Shown: piece after piece, positions 28,497 to 37,615 of the stretch
Layout of the letters: every line of letters begins with the position of its first letter
Numbering within the stretch: the first letter of the stretch is position 1
IMG/VR virus record: IMGVR_UViG_3300027834_000005
Location: 248,001-312,000 of that record
Strand: one strand, 5' to 3'
Length of the DNA: 64,000 nt
Translations under genes and position numbers: made by a program
Notes under the pieces: generated by a model
What the model saw: the letters and a program-made list of their open reading frames with translations, nothing else
Database searches by the model: none
What the model was told of the DNA's origin: nothing

Positions 28497-28761
28497 AAGT
28501 GAAGACATCGATGAGTCTTTAGTATGGGGTCGTACTGGCACTAAGCTAAAAAAGAAATTCAGATGTACTAGTGGCCTTAGAAAAGGTCGCGTAGTATCCA
28601 GTCCAGAGCAGTGTAGTCTGCCCTTGGACATTGGTAAGAGCGTAAGCCTTAAAAAGACGAAGAAGAAATACGGAAGACGATTAGTTAAAAAAGCTAAGAA
28701 GACAAAACGTATAAATCCAGCGTCTAGAAAGTTGGTTATTATCAATAGGAGAAAGAAGTAA
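28468..28761 (+). CDS. small basic protein with acidic, probably cleavable N-terminus
   Basis: MLIAEILSESEDIDE followed by Lys/Arg-rich FRCTSG.RKGRVV region. Confidence 0.6.
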   Translation: MMLIAEILSESEDIDESLVWGRTGTKLKKKFRCTSGLRKGRVVSSPEQCSLPLDIGKSVSLKKTKKKYGRRLVKKAKKTKRINPASRKLVIINRRKK

Positions 28762-29402
28762 TGTTCGATAGGATCGTAAAGGGAATATTAAACGAGGATG
28801 TATCATCAATTTTATCTCAGACTTACGGAGTTGATTCTTCAAAGGCTAGAGAGTTATTAAGGCAAATGTCATTTAGTGACTACACCGATCTAAAAGACGC
28901 TATTGATGCTAACGATACTCCTAAAGTGAAAGCTATACTTCATAGTAAAATTGCCATGGAAGGTAACGCATACACTGCGGCTAGACAAGGCACACAAGAT
29001 CCTATGGCGAACCAAGACCAAGATGACGAAATGGTTAACTTGGCAGCACTACAAAGTGGAGATATGGTTTCTACTGGTAGTGGAGACAGCAAGATTTCAA
29101 GCGTATCTATGATGGGCGATAAAACGACCATGCAAACAGATGACGGACAGCATATTTCTATTTCAGATATGCCTGATATACCTAACGCGCCAATCACCAA
29201 TAGGGATGATGCCATGGCGGAGATAGATCGTATTAGACAGTTAGCTGGGATAGAAGATGAAGCTATGGGTGAAGAGATTGGGTCACCTACGCCGATGACG
29301 TGTAAAGCGATGTCTCGTGATGGAAGTACCACTCCGAATCAGATAATCAAACGACACAGAAAGAACGAGAAACCAGGTCCAAAAACGGGCAGGACTCGAT
29401 GA
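28761..29402 (+). CDS. putative internal head protein
   Basis: Coupled ORF; contains IDRIRQLAGI motif. Confidence 0.55.
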   Translation: MFDRIVKGILNEDVSSILSQTYGVDSSKARELLRQMSFSDYTDLKDAIDANDTPKVKAILHSKIAMEGNAYTAARQGTQDPMANQDQDDEMVNLAALQSGDMVSTGSGDSKISSVSMMGDKTTMQTDDGQHISISDMPDIPNAPITNRDDAMAEIDRIRQLAGIEDEAMGEEIGSPTPMTCKAMSRDGSTTPNQIIKRHRKNEKPGPKTGRTR

Positions 29403-29869
29403 ATACACATAATGGATTAATTAAAAAGGAAACTATCGTGGAAACAGTTCAGTTGCTGGAACAAAAGATCAAAACTTATCAGTTAGACCAATTGGAAGAG
29501 AAGATCAAGGACGGTGTTAGCGTTGGCGAATATGTCATTCACTCTACTAGTCTCGGTTACGACATTCATCTTGGTAAGTATAGCGTATGTAAGAATCTAT
29601 ATAGTCTAGATACTGCATTCCTTATCGTCCAAGTTAAGTTAAAATCACCACATAAGAATATTTCCGACATCGTAAAAGCGGACCATGAGTACGGTAAGTA
29701 TAAATACGATACTCTAGTCTACAGTAATACAATTGCCACATCAGATAATATGTGCGCAGTGATGGTTGCTGAAGATAGATTGAACGAAGCAGTTGATAGA
29801 ATGAAGGATGCTAAGAAGATTCTTAGTAAACTAAGAATAGATATCAATGCGCCTATTTTTGATAAATAG
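29399..29869 (+). CDS. hypothetical protein
   Basis: Coupled ORF. Confidence 0.6.
   Translation: MNTHNGLIKKETIVETVQLLEQKIKTYQLDQLEEKIKDGVSVGEYVIHSTSLGYDIHLGKYSVCKNLYSLDTAFLIVQVKLKSPHKNISDIVKADHEYGKYKYDTLVYSNTIATSDNMCAVMVAEDRLNEAVDRMKDAKKILSKLRIDINAPIFDK
29861..29868 (+). promoter_or_regulatory. late promoter motif GATAAATA
   Basis: Exact motif at the gene end, upstream of 29896. Confidence 0.6.
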
Positions 29870-29895
29870 TATGAAACTACAGGATATAACAGGAT

Positions 29896-30873
29896 ATGTA
29901 CCTTAATCAAATTGAAATACATGATAAAAAGAAGCTATCAAAGCTTAATAACTATCTAAGTGAAAATTTTAAGATTAGAGTAGATGTTGATGGCGACAGC
30001 AAAGAGCTTCTTTCGTTGAGAGAACACGTTATTAACGAAATACACGAGCTAAAGGTTGTGCGCGGTTGTACCCCTAAAGATGCCGATTTAGGCAAAAGCT
30101 TGGCAATGCTTGAGGCAATTGATCTAATTTTGGCAAACCGACGCGCAGTTGTGGAATCTTCTGAGCGATTTGGCCCTTACTCAGGCATCGTAGATAAGAT
30201 GTCAGATGCAGTGGCTAAGTACGTGAATCAGGGCGATGACTTAGATTCAGCCATTTCTGTAGCTATGAGAGAATACCGCTCTAGCAAATACAGATATCCA
30301 GATCACGAAGTAGAACAAGACGTACGTCACAGTGTAGCTTCTAAGCTTATCGGTGGTGTAAATGACGTAGATGAAACTCTAGTCAAAGGTCTTGGAGTAG
30401 AAGTAGATGAAGCCGGTGATTTCTATCATCCAAATACCGATCACGGTTCTTTAGATAGAAAACCTAGAAGATCAGCAGCTCAAGACGTCCCTACTGCATA
30501 TACGCAGAGAGGCCAAAAAGCAGCATTCGGTCCACGTGATAGTGGCAGAGAAACTACCCCAGCAAGATCAAAACTTAACATGAGCGAAGATGGCGGACAG
30601 TATATTTATTTAGCTGACGAACCAAAACTAGCTTTCAATCCCAATACCAGCAAAGGTAACGCTATAGCCATGACAGGCTTTGATAGCGGCGGCGAAGAAA
30701 TTTCCTATCCAGTTAGAGTTAGATTCGTATATGATGACGCTGCTGGTCTCGTTAATATTATTACTATCGTTGATGGTGATGGTAGCGAAACAGGTACTGA
30801 ACTTGATGATGCTGAGAAAGCAACATTAGGACAAAACATTTTAGATGAATTAATGGCAAAGGGCATTTACTAA
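29896..30873 (+). CDS. putative head/core protein
   Basis: 325-aa ORF with AGGA RBS in late block. Confidence 0.55.
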   Translation: MYLNQIEIHDKKKLSKLNNYLSENFKIRVDVDGDSKELLSLREHVINEIHELKVVRGCTPKDADLGKSLAMLEAIDLILANRRAVVESSERFGPYSGIVDKMSDAVAKYVNQGDDLDSAISVAMREYRSSKYRYPDHEVEQDVRHSVASKLIGGVNDVDETLVKGLGVEVDEAGDFYHPNTDHGSLDRKPRRSAAQDVPTAYTQRGQKAAFGPRDSGRETTPARSKLNMSEDGGQYIYLADEPKLAFNPNTSKGNAIAMTGFDSGGEEISYPVRVRFVYDDAAGLVNIITIVDGDGSETGTELDDAEKATLGQNILDELMAKGIY

Positions 30874-31454
30874 TGAATGAGAATAAAAGTTACGTTAAAG
30901 AATTAAGAATAATTCTTGAAGGCGAAGTCGAAGAAGCAGAAGTAATTATGGCTGCTAGAGGTTTCAGTAAAGAACTTCAAGATATGATTCAGAAAGTTGG
31001 TCGTTTGGCCAATGAACAGGTTGGTCCTGTTGTAGATCAAATGCGTTTGACCTATGGCAGTGATATGGCTAACTCTTTCCAAGACACTGTTAAAGGTGAA
31101 ATGGATGCAGTATTACAAACACTAGCACAAGCTAAAGATACTTTAGATGATGTTGTAACAGACATTAGCAATGGTACAGTTCCAGGTGGAGTAGACATGG
31201 ACGAGTTTGGCGGTGATGAGCTAGGCGGAGAAATCGACGCTGAGATTGGTTTTGATGACGATGGTATTGATGGCATTGAAGGCGAAGTCGAAGGCGAATT
31301 CGATATTGATCCTGTTGGTGATGGCGAAGAATCATTTGATGATGAGTTCGGTGCTGAAGAGCCTTTAGGTAGAGCAGCTTTAGAATCTCGTAGATATGCA
31401 GTTGCCAAAAAGATCATGGAAACGGAAGCTAAGCTCAAGTCAAAGAGTAAGTAA
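30873..31454 (+). CDS. acidic scaffold-like protein
   Basis: Helical N-half followed by D/E/G-rich tail ending LGRAALES. Confidence 0.55.
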   Translation: MNENKSYVKELRIILEGEVEEAEVIMAARGFSKELQDMIQKVGRLANEQVGPVVDQMRLTYGSDMANSFQDTVKGEMDAVLQTLAQAKDTLDDVVTDISNGTVPGGVDMDEFGGDELGGEIDAEIGFDDDGIDGIEGEVEGEFDIDPVGDGEESFDDEFGAEEPLGRAALESRRYAVAKKIMETEAKLKSKSK

Positions 31455-31783
31455 TGCGTTTATATCAGATCATTAAAGAAAACGATTCAGCCGACGATAT
31501 TATGTCGGCTTTGTCGTCTATGATTTCCGTGTTGAAATCAAAAGGACATGACAATATCCCTACTCAATATGCTGTACAGTATTTGAATAATATGGGACAA
31601 AATGTTGATGCTGAGTCACTTGCAAGTATTGCTGTTCAGAGTCCCTTTATTACTAGCGCTACTCCAGAAGAGTTGGTTATTGGTAATGAAGCTGAACAAG
31701 ATCTTGGCGCAGGAAATAACGAAATGAATCAGGACGTCGTCGGTCAGATGGCAACTGATACAGCTAAGAGGGATATAGGATGA
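31454..31783 (+). CDS. putative internal head protein
   Basis: MRLYQIIKE start. Confidence 0.55.
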   Translation: MRLYQIIKENDSADDIMSALSSMISVLKSKGHDNIPTQYAVQYLNNMGQNVDAESLASIAVQSPFITSATPEELVIGNEAEQDLGAGNNEMNQDVVGQMATDTAKRDIG

Positions 31784-32670
31784 GTGGTTGTTCTGGAAGT
31801 GGATTTTTGCCAGCTGTCGATGCTAGGTTAAAAGCTAGGAATGATAGAGTTATCTATGCGGAAATTTGCGCTATAGAACAACAAATCTTAGACACTATAA
31901 ATAATTGTACAGGCACGGCACCATTAGAAATTACTATCAATGGCGGAACTCCTATTACGACTCCTAACGGAATTGAATCTATCATGGTTCTTGACGGCGG
32001 ATCTCAATACATAGAAAGTTCCCCTACGGTAGCTATCACGTCAACAGCCGGTACAGGTTTTGCAGCTATTCCTCTAGTAGATTTAACTACTGGTGCGGTT
32101 ATCGGTTTCAATATCAGTGACCGAGGTTCTGATTATGAAGTTGGTGATGTTGTAGACGTAACACATGCCCTAGGCGCTACTGGAATTTTATTCGAAGGTG
32201 TTGTTAGTGCAGTAAGTGATGTTGCGCCTTTCGATGTTTTAGGTATTACTATCACCGTTGGTGGCACAGGTTACTTAGACACTCCATACGTTACTATATT
32301 AGATCCAGAATCAACAGGTTCAGGTTTCATAGGAACAATCGAATTAGACCCAGCAGATAATTCCGTAGTTGAAATTAGCATCCTTAACGGCGGCAGAAAC
32401 TACAGCACAAACTCAACAGCTATCATCGTAGGTGACGTAGGTGTAGGTGGCTCTAATGCTATTATAACCACTACTACACAGTCTTCTATGTATAATGTTA
32501 ATGTAGATCCTTCTCATTATTATGAAGTGTGGGCAGGTCTTGTTGATGATAAAGCTGTGAAGTTACAAATCGATACGATCCAACAGTATTTTATTAGTTT
32601 AGGATACAATTTTATTATCCAAGTTAACCCAGTTACCATGGATACTCTACAGTGGTATATTAGTTGGTAG
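31780..32670 (+). CDS. virion structural protein (baseplate/neck-type Gly-rich beta repeats)
   Basis: Repeated I.V.DGG..Y / GG.GY motifs. Confidence 0.6.
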   Translation: MSGCSGSGFLPAVDARLKARNDRVIYAEICAIEQQILDTINNCTGTAPLEITINGGTPITTPNGIESIMVLDGGSQYIESSPTVAITSTAGTGFAAIPLVDLTTGAVIGFNISDRGSDYEVGDVVDVTHALGATGILFEGVVSAVSDVAPFDVLGITITVGGTGYLDTPYVTILDPESTGSGFIGTIELDPADNSVVEISILNGGRNYSTNSTAIIVGDVGVGGSNAIITTTTQSSMYNVNVDPSHYYEVWAGLVDDKAVKLQIDTIQQYFISLGYNFIIQVNPVTMDTLQWYISW

Positions 32671-32674
32671 CGCT

Positions 32675-33556
32675 ATGTTCATCAATAACAAATACACTGA
32701 TACATATCACAGATTAATATACAAATGTTCCTCCTATAATAGGTCTCGTGAAGACGAGGTCTATTATGAGTCCCACCATATAATTCCCAAATCGATGGGA
32801 GGAAGCGATGAAAAAGACAATCTTGTATTTCTCACATCACGTGAACATTACGTAGCGCATTTACTTTTAGTTAAAATGACAGAAGGTGATAACTTCGTAA
32901 GAATGTCCAGAGCGGCACACATGATGATGCATGATAAATATGGCAATAAACTAAAAACCTCCAAGCTTTACGAAGATCTAAAGCATACGTTCATAACAGC
33001 TATTAGCGAAGAAAAGAAAGATAGGACAGTATACGAGTGGACACATGAAGTTTACGGCACGGCGGAATGTTCTATGTGGGATCTCCTAGAAAAATATCCA
33101 GACCATGGAATGACAGTATCTGCTATCAGAAATGTGAAGAATGGCTTCAATAAAACGTGCAAAGGGTGGCGTCTAAAGACGACAATCATTAATGAATATC
33201 ATCACAATACCGACCTTACGGAATATGACTGGTGGAACCAAGAATACGGTGTAGTCACTACGTCAACCCATAAAATGGTGAAAGATTTCAACCTGAACAT
33301 TGATTGTCTGAATTCGGTCAAAAAAGGATGCCAAAAATCTCATAGTGGTTGGTTCCTGTACAATGGCGAAGCACAGTCAGATAAAAGAAGTAAAAAAATA
33401 ATAGACGTAATTAAATGGTATCACGTTGAAAATGGGGATATAGTTTGCACGATAGATGAGTTGTGCGAGTCACACCCACACATAAGCAAAAATCATATAG
33501 CTAGAGTGGCAAAGGGAACTAGAAAATCCCACAAGGGATGGCGGCTAAGCTCATAG
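32675..33556 (+). mobile_element. free-standing HNH homing endonuclease with three C-terminal DNA-binding repeats
   Basis: ESHHIIPKSMGGSDEKDNLVFLTSREHYVAHLLL; three repeats ending KGWRL/SGWFL/KGWRL. Confidence 0.85.
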
Positions 33557-33599
33557 TCACCTTCAATATTATATAAGCTGGTAATAAGCGAGAAATCGC

Positions 33600-33628
33600 T
33601 TGTAATACCAGACCCAGTCTGGTATAAT
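33600..33628 (+). promoter_or_regulatory. sigma70-type promoter abutting exonuclease ATG
   Basis: TTGTAA-17-TATAAT with extended TG; ATG follows 7 nt later. Confidence 0.7.
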
Positions 33629-33635
33629 GTGCCAC

Positions 33636-34307
33636 ATGCACACACCAAAATATAATTACAAAGAATTACACAGACAATATTCAGATCACGGAAGATTTTA
33701 CGCGGTTGGTGGAGAGAGACCTCTCCCTTCAGTAACCACCGTAATGTCAAACACCAGTGACAAAGAATGGCTAACTCAATGGAAAGAACGAGTAGGTGAG
33801 GCAGAAGCCAAAGCTATCGTTGACGAGTCCGTTATGATCGGCCAAGGAATGCATGACTTATTAGAATCACACTATACCGGCATACACGTTGGTAAGGTCC
33901 CTGTCATCTCTAAAATCTTTGCAGATACCGTAATAAAGAAAGGTCTATCTAAGGTAGATGAAGTATGGGGCGTCGAAGCACCATTATTCTTTCCAGATCT
34001 TTATGCAGGCACAACAGATTTAGTTGGGGTCCATGAAGGTGAACCCGCAGTTATGGATTATAAGAACGCTAGGCAAGATAAGAAAGATGAAGATGTAGAC
34101 GATTATAAGATGCAACTTTGCGCGTATGGTGCCGCTCATGATGAGCTATATGGGACACGTATACGTAAAGGGGTAATAATGATGATGTGTAGATCCGGTA
34201 GATATAAGGAATTCATAATTCAGGGAAACGAATATGATAAGTATCGAAGGATGTGGTTTGCAACTTTAGAAAAATATTACGTAGAATATGGAATTCTATT
34301 ACCTTAA
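33636..34307 (+). CDS. PD-(D/E)XK exonuclease (Cas4/lambda-exonuclease-like)
   Basis: LPSVTTVM, G..MH..LE, E.PL, YAGTTDL, MDYK, Q..AY motifs. Confidence 0.85.
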   Translation: MHTPKYNYKELHRQYSDHGRFYAVGGERPLPSVTTVMSNTSDKEWLTQWKERVGEAEAKAIVDESVMIGQGMHDLLESHYTGIHVGKVPVISKIFADTVIKKGLSKVDEVWGVEAPLFFPDLYAGTTDLVGVHEGEPAVMDYKNARQDKKDEDVDDYKMQLCAYGAAHDELYGTRIRKGVIMMMCRSGRYKEFIIQGNEYDKYRRMWFATLEKYYVEYGILLP

Positions 34308-34310
34308 AAG

Positions 34311-34318
34311 CATAAATA
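34311..34318 (+). promoter_or_regulatory. late promoter variant CATAAATA
   Basis: Intergenic, upstream of the tail-type gene. Confidence 0.65.
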
Positions 34319-34344
34319 AAGGGTAAGAAACAGGGAAGTTAGAC

Positions 34345-36132
34345 ATGACTAGTTCATCATTTTCAGTGACAACTCCAAACGGAGTTATACAAGCTGGCGA
34401 CACAGTAGTTGCTAGAATTCAGAATAGGAGAGGTTATAAGATTAACCTTCCTCAACCATTAGCACCAGGAGAACTGGGCTGGTGTATCGATACTAAAGAG
34501 CTTTTCATTGGCTTGGATTCGTCCACGTCTAGTTCCTCTATCACTGTTACCGATCAGGTTGAAGTGCAGAGACTTTTAGATGAAGAGATGATTGAGTGTC
34601 AGAGCAAATGGTCATACCTCAATGGTACTGTTACCGGCTCAGTAGATAATGGCGGATCTAGTTTAACTGAAGAAGACTTCATTAGAAACTATTTGGCTAT
34701 GTCTCCAGAAGATTTCATTAATGGCACGTCAGTTATTGCAGACGTTGAAGATAATGTTTTCGTTCTAACACAATTCAAAAATGCCATTGCAAGTTCTGTG
34801 CCTGCCGGTCTACAACCAGAAATGGTTAGAGTGACGACTACAGAATCCACAGCGGTAGGAACAGCAAAAATCATCATAACCTCTATAGTCGGCGGTGTTA
34901 TCACCGGATATAGCGCGGCACCTGACGTACTAGTCGATAGTGACGCTGGTCTTGGTTACTTTGATGGTGACATTGTTGAGATTCCTAACGGAGCTGGCAC
35001 AAACGCTACATTCTCTATTACCGTATTAGATGACGGGCAAGGTAAAGTTACTACTTTTAACTTATTGTCTGGAGGTACTGGCTACGCTGCTATCGCAGGT
35101 AATACTAAGTTCACTGTCACAGGGCCTGATTTAAGCTCTAAGACGGCAGTTGCTGGCCCAACTACTATATCTGGTGGGGAATTAACTAGTGTTCCTTTAA
35201 TCAGTGGCGGTGGCGAATATAGAACTAAGCCTATTGTAGATGTTAATGGTGGTAGTGCTGTTGTTAATGCGGTAGTTGAAGCTATATGGGATAACGTAAC
35301 GAGAACTGTTACTGGCCTTACAATCGTTAGTGTTGGTTCTGGATACGTATCAGCGCCATCAGTTACTATCAGAGATCCTTTATCTAAGGTAATGTATAAG
35401 TTTAGATATGACTTAGGTTTGCCAACTGCAACACCTACAGACATTACTAATGCTAACGCAGCTTTTAATGCCGTAGACGATCTTACATTTCCTCTGTCTA
35501 AGCTTATCGACTCAGTGGCTAATTCACAGTCGCAGTTATTAGGTGCAGGCGGACAAGGCAAAGCAGTAATTATAGATTCTAGTGGACAAGCTGTCCTAGT
35601 AATGGACACGCCCAATCAGGCATCAGCTACCACTACAATCATCAATGAGATTAATAGTAGCTCAGCGTCATTGGCTCAATCAAGCCAGAACGTAGAAGTA
35701 CTAACAGAATACTCTACATTACCAACAGCGCCACCATCAGTTATCATACCGACTGAAGATTTAGAAAGTGGACAGTTAGTGGCAACTGGTGCTAACACAT
35801 GGACTAATGTAGAGATTGACGACAAGGATAATCCAGGTAATACGATTGTATTAGCTTATGATCCATTAGACTCTAATTCAATATTCCTGAAGTTTAGCGC
35901 TAAGCATTCTTCTGGTGATACGTTCTTAAGAAACGGATTCATGAACATCGTTGTGTACGATGGCGTGACTGACTTAACGACGTCAAGTACTGAAGTTAAA
36001 GCTCCTGCGTTGTCCGGCAATAACATTTATTTCAGAACCTTTATGGTTACTGGACAGGCAGTCCTTCAGTATTGGCATACATTCCCTAACGACGTGGAAT
36101 TAAAGTTTGCATCTACTGAATGGTTAGCTTAA
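34345..36132 (+). CDS. tail/baseplate-associated fibre-type structural protein
   Basis: RIQNRRG...LAPGELGWCIDTKELFIG (Mtd-N-like) start; Gly/Thr-rich GG.GY repeats. Confidence 0.7.
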   Translation: MTSSSFSVTTPNGVIQAGDTVVARIQNRRGYKINLPQPLAPGELGWCIDTKELFIGLDSSTSSSSITVTDQVEVQRLLDEEMIECQSKWSYLNGTVTGSVDNGGSSLTEEDFIRNYLAMSPEDFINGTSVIADVEDNVFVLTQFKNAIASSVPAGLQPEMVRVTTTESTAVGTAKIIITSIVGGVITGYSAAPDVLVDSDAGLGYFDGDIVEIPNGAGTNATFSITVLDDGQGKVTTFNLLSGGTGYAAIAGNTKFTVTGPDLSSKTAVAGPTTISGGELTSVPLISGGGEYRTKPIVDVNGGSAVVNAVVEAIWDNVTRTVTGLTIVSVGSGYVSAPSVTIRDPLSKVMYKFRYDLGLPTATPTDITNANAAFNAVDDLTFPLSKLIDSVANSQSQLLGAGGQGKAVIIDSSGQAVLVMDTPNQASATTTIINEINSSSASLAQSSQNVEVLTEYSTLPTAPPSVIIPTEDLESGQLVATGANTWTNVEIDDKDNPGNTIVLAYDPLDSNSIFLKFSAKHSSGDTFLRNGFMNIVVYDGVTDLTTSSTEVKAPALSGNNIYFRTFMVTGQAVLQYWHTFPNDVELKFASTEWLA

Positions 36133-36596
36133 TGGAATGGAATAATTGTACCTACATCGAAATGTTAAGGGAATGGAAGCAACATAGAGTAGATATTGTT
36201 GCTCTCCCTTTCGAAGATGCGATGAAAGCAGTCGCTAAATTTTGGGGAACGGTCCCCATACACACATCAAAAAATGTAAGATTATACGAACCGGAGACTT
36301 GGATGTCACCATGGGAAATCCTACATGAGAATTCGCTATGCGAAAACAAGGTAGCCATAATGATCTACCATACGTTAGTAGCAGCTTATGAAGATGACGA
36401 CGTCGATGTGACCATGAGAGTGGCATACGATAAGGGTGACGAGTTTCTCGTTGTCGCAGTAAACAGAACGTATATATCAGGGGACGCATGTACCTTGAAC
36501 TATATTACTGGAAGTCCAGTCATGGAAGACGACCAACCATCGATAAACTTCATACATACATTCGATGAGGACACTCCTCATCTTAGAGAAAAATAA
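36132..36596 (+). CDS. hypothetical protein, possible transglutaminase-like (BTLCP) fold
   Basis: W.SPWEIL....LCE...AIMIY.TL resembles the BTLCP W.TP.E...GDCEDYAI.KY..L motif. Confidence 0.4.
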   Translation: MEWNNCTYIEMLREWKQHRVDIVALPFEDAMKAVAKFWGTVPIHTSKNVRLYEPETWMSPWEILHENSLCENKVAIMIYHTLVAAYEDDDVDVTMRVAYDKGDEFLVVAVNRTYISGDACTLNYITGSPVMEDDQPSINFIHTFDEDTPHLREK

Positions 36597-36619
36597 AATA
36601 CAGTTAATCAGGAGATGTT

Positions 36620-37612
36620 ATGACTAAATTGACAAGATGTCAACAAAAACAGTCAGCGTATATCGTCACCTATCCAGATGCAGTTAACTTTGCTGAGATG
36701 CAATCTTCTATCGCGTGGCCTCCATTGGAGATCCCAGTAGAAGGTGACATACAGGAATTCTTAACCGGAGCAACGGAAAGTGATCGACACGCTGTTACTA
36801 CAGTCCTAAAGCTATTCACCAAATATGAATTAGTGGCAGGCAACGAATACTGGGGCAATAGAATTGCAAAACGTTACCCTAGAGTATGCATACAACGTAT
36901 GGCGAATTCATTTGCTAATGCAGAATTAAATATGCACGCGCCGTTCTATAACGAATTGAACAAGGTACTTAACTTAGACACTGAAGAGTTCTATAACAGT
37001 TACCTAGAAGACGAAACATTAACCGCACGTATGAAGCATATCGATTCAGTTGTTTCATCTAAGAATGACCTATTGTCAGTTGGTGCATTCTCTATTGTAG
37101 AAGGTGCGATTTTATATTCTGCCTTTGCTTTTTTAAAGCACTACAGAGTTGGCGGTAAAAATATGTTTAAGAATCTTATCTCAGGAATTAACTTTTCTGT
37201 TAGAGATGAGAACCTTCACTCAGAAGGCGGAGCATGGTTATTTAGAACACACAAAAAAGAACTTGAAGAAGCTGGACAACTTAGTTCAGAAGAACAAGAA
37301 TCTTTACGTGATGAAGTTTATGAATTTGCCACTACGGTATATGAGCACGAATGTAAGATCATTGAGATGTTATTTGAGAAAGGTAATATTCCAGGTATCA
37401 CATCCACACAGCTGAAGCATTTTGTAGAAAGTAGAATTAATATGTGCTTGAAAAACTTAGGTTACCCTGCGTTATTCAAAGTGTCCTATAACCCTATTGC
37501 AGAATGGTTCTACGATAATATCAACGCGGTTAAACTGCATGATTTTTTCGACACTACAGGTTCAGAATACAACAGAAGTTGGAACCAAGACAAATTTGAC
37601 GCATGGGATTAA
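36620..37612 (+). CDS. nrdB: ribonucleotide reductase class Ia beta subunit
   Basis: E..MHAPFY, VEG...YSAF, RDENLH di-iron and radical motifs; AGGAG RBS. Confidence 0.93.
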   Translation: MTKLTRCQQKQSAYIVTYPDAVNFAEMQSSIAWPPLEIPVEGDIQEFLTGATESDRHAVTTVLKLFTKYELVAGNEYWGNRIAKRYPRVCIQRMANSFANAELNMHAPFYNELNKVLNLDTEEFYNSYLEDETLTARMKHIDSVVSSKNDLLSVGAFSIVEGAILYSAFAFLKHYRVGGKNMFKNLISGINFSVRDENLHSEGGAWLFRTHKKELEEAGQLSSEEQESLRDEVYEFATTVYEHECKIIEMLFEKGNIPGITSTQLKHFVESRINMCLKNLGYPALFKVSYNPIAEWFYDNINAVKLHDFFDTTGSEYNRSWNQDKFDAWD

Positions 37613-37615
37613 AGC

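Noticed and set aside
32933-32940. GATAAATA inside the HNH gene as a late promoter
   Set aside because: It lies mid-CDS with no suitably placed downstream start, so it is likely chance in AT-rich sequence.
33636-34307. Cas4 as part of a CRISPR-Cas system
   Set aside because: There is no cas1, cas2 or array nearby. Solo Cas4-like PD-(D/E)XK exonucleases are common in T4-like phages.
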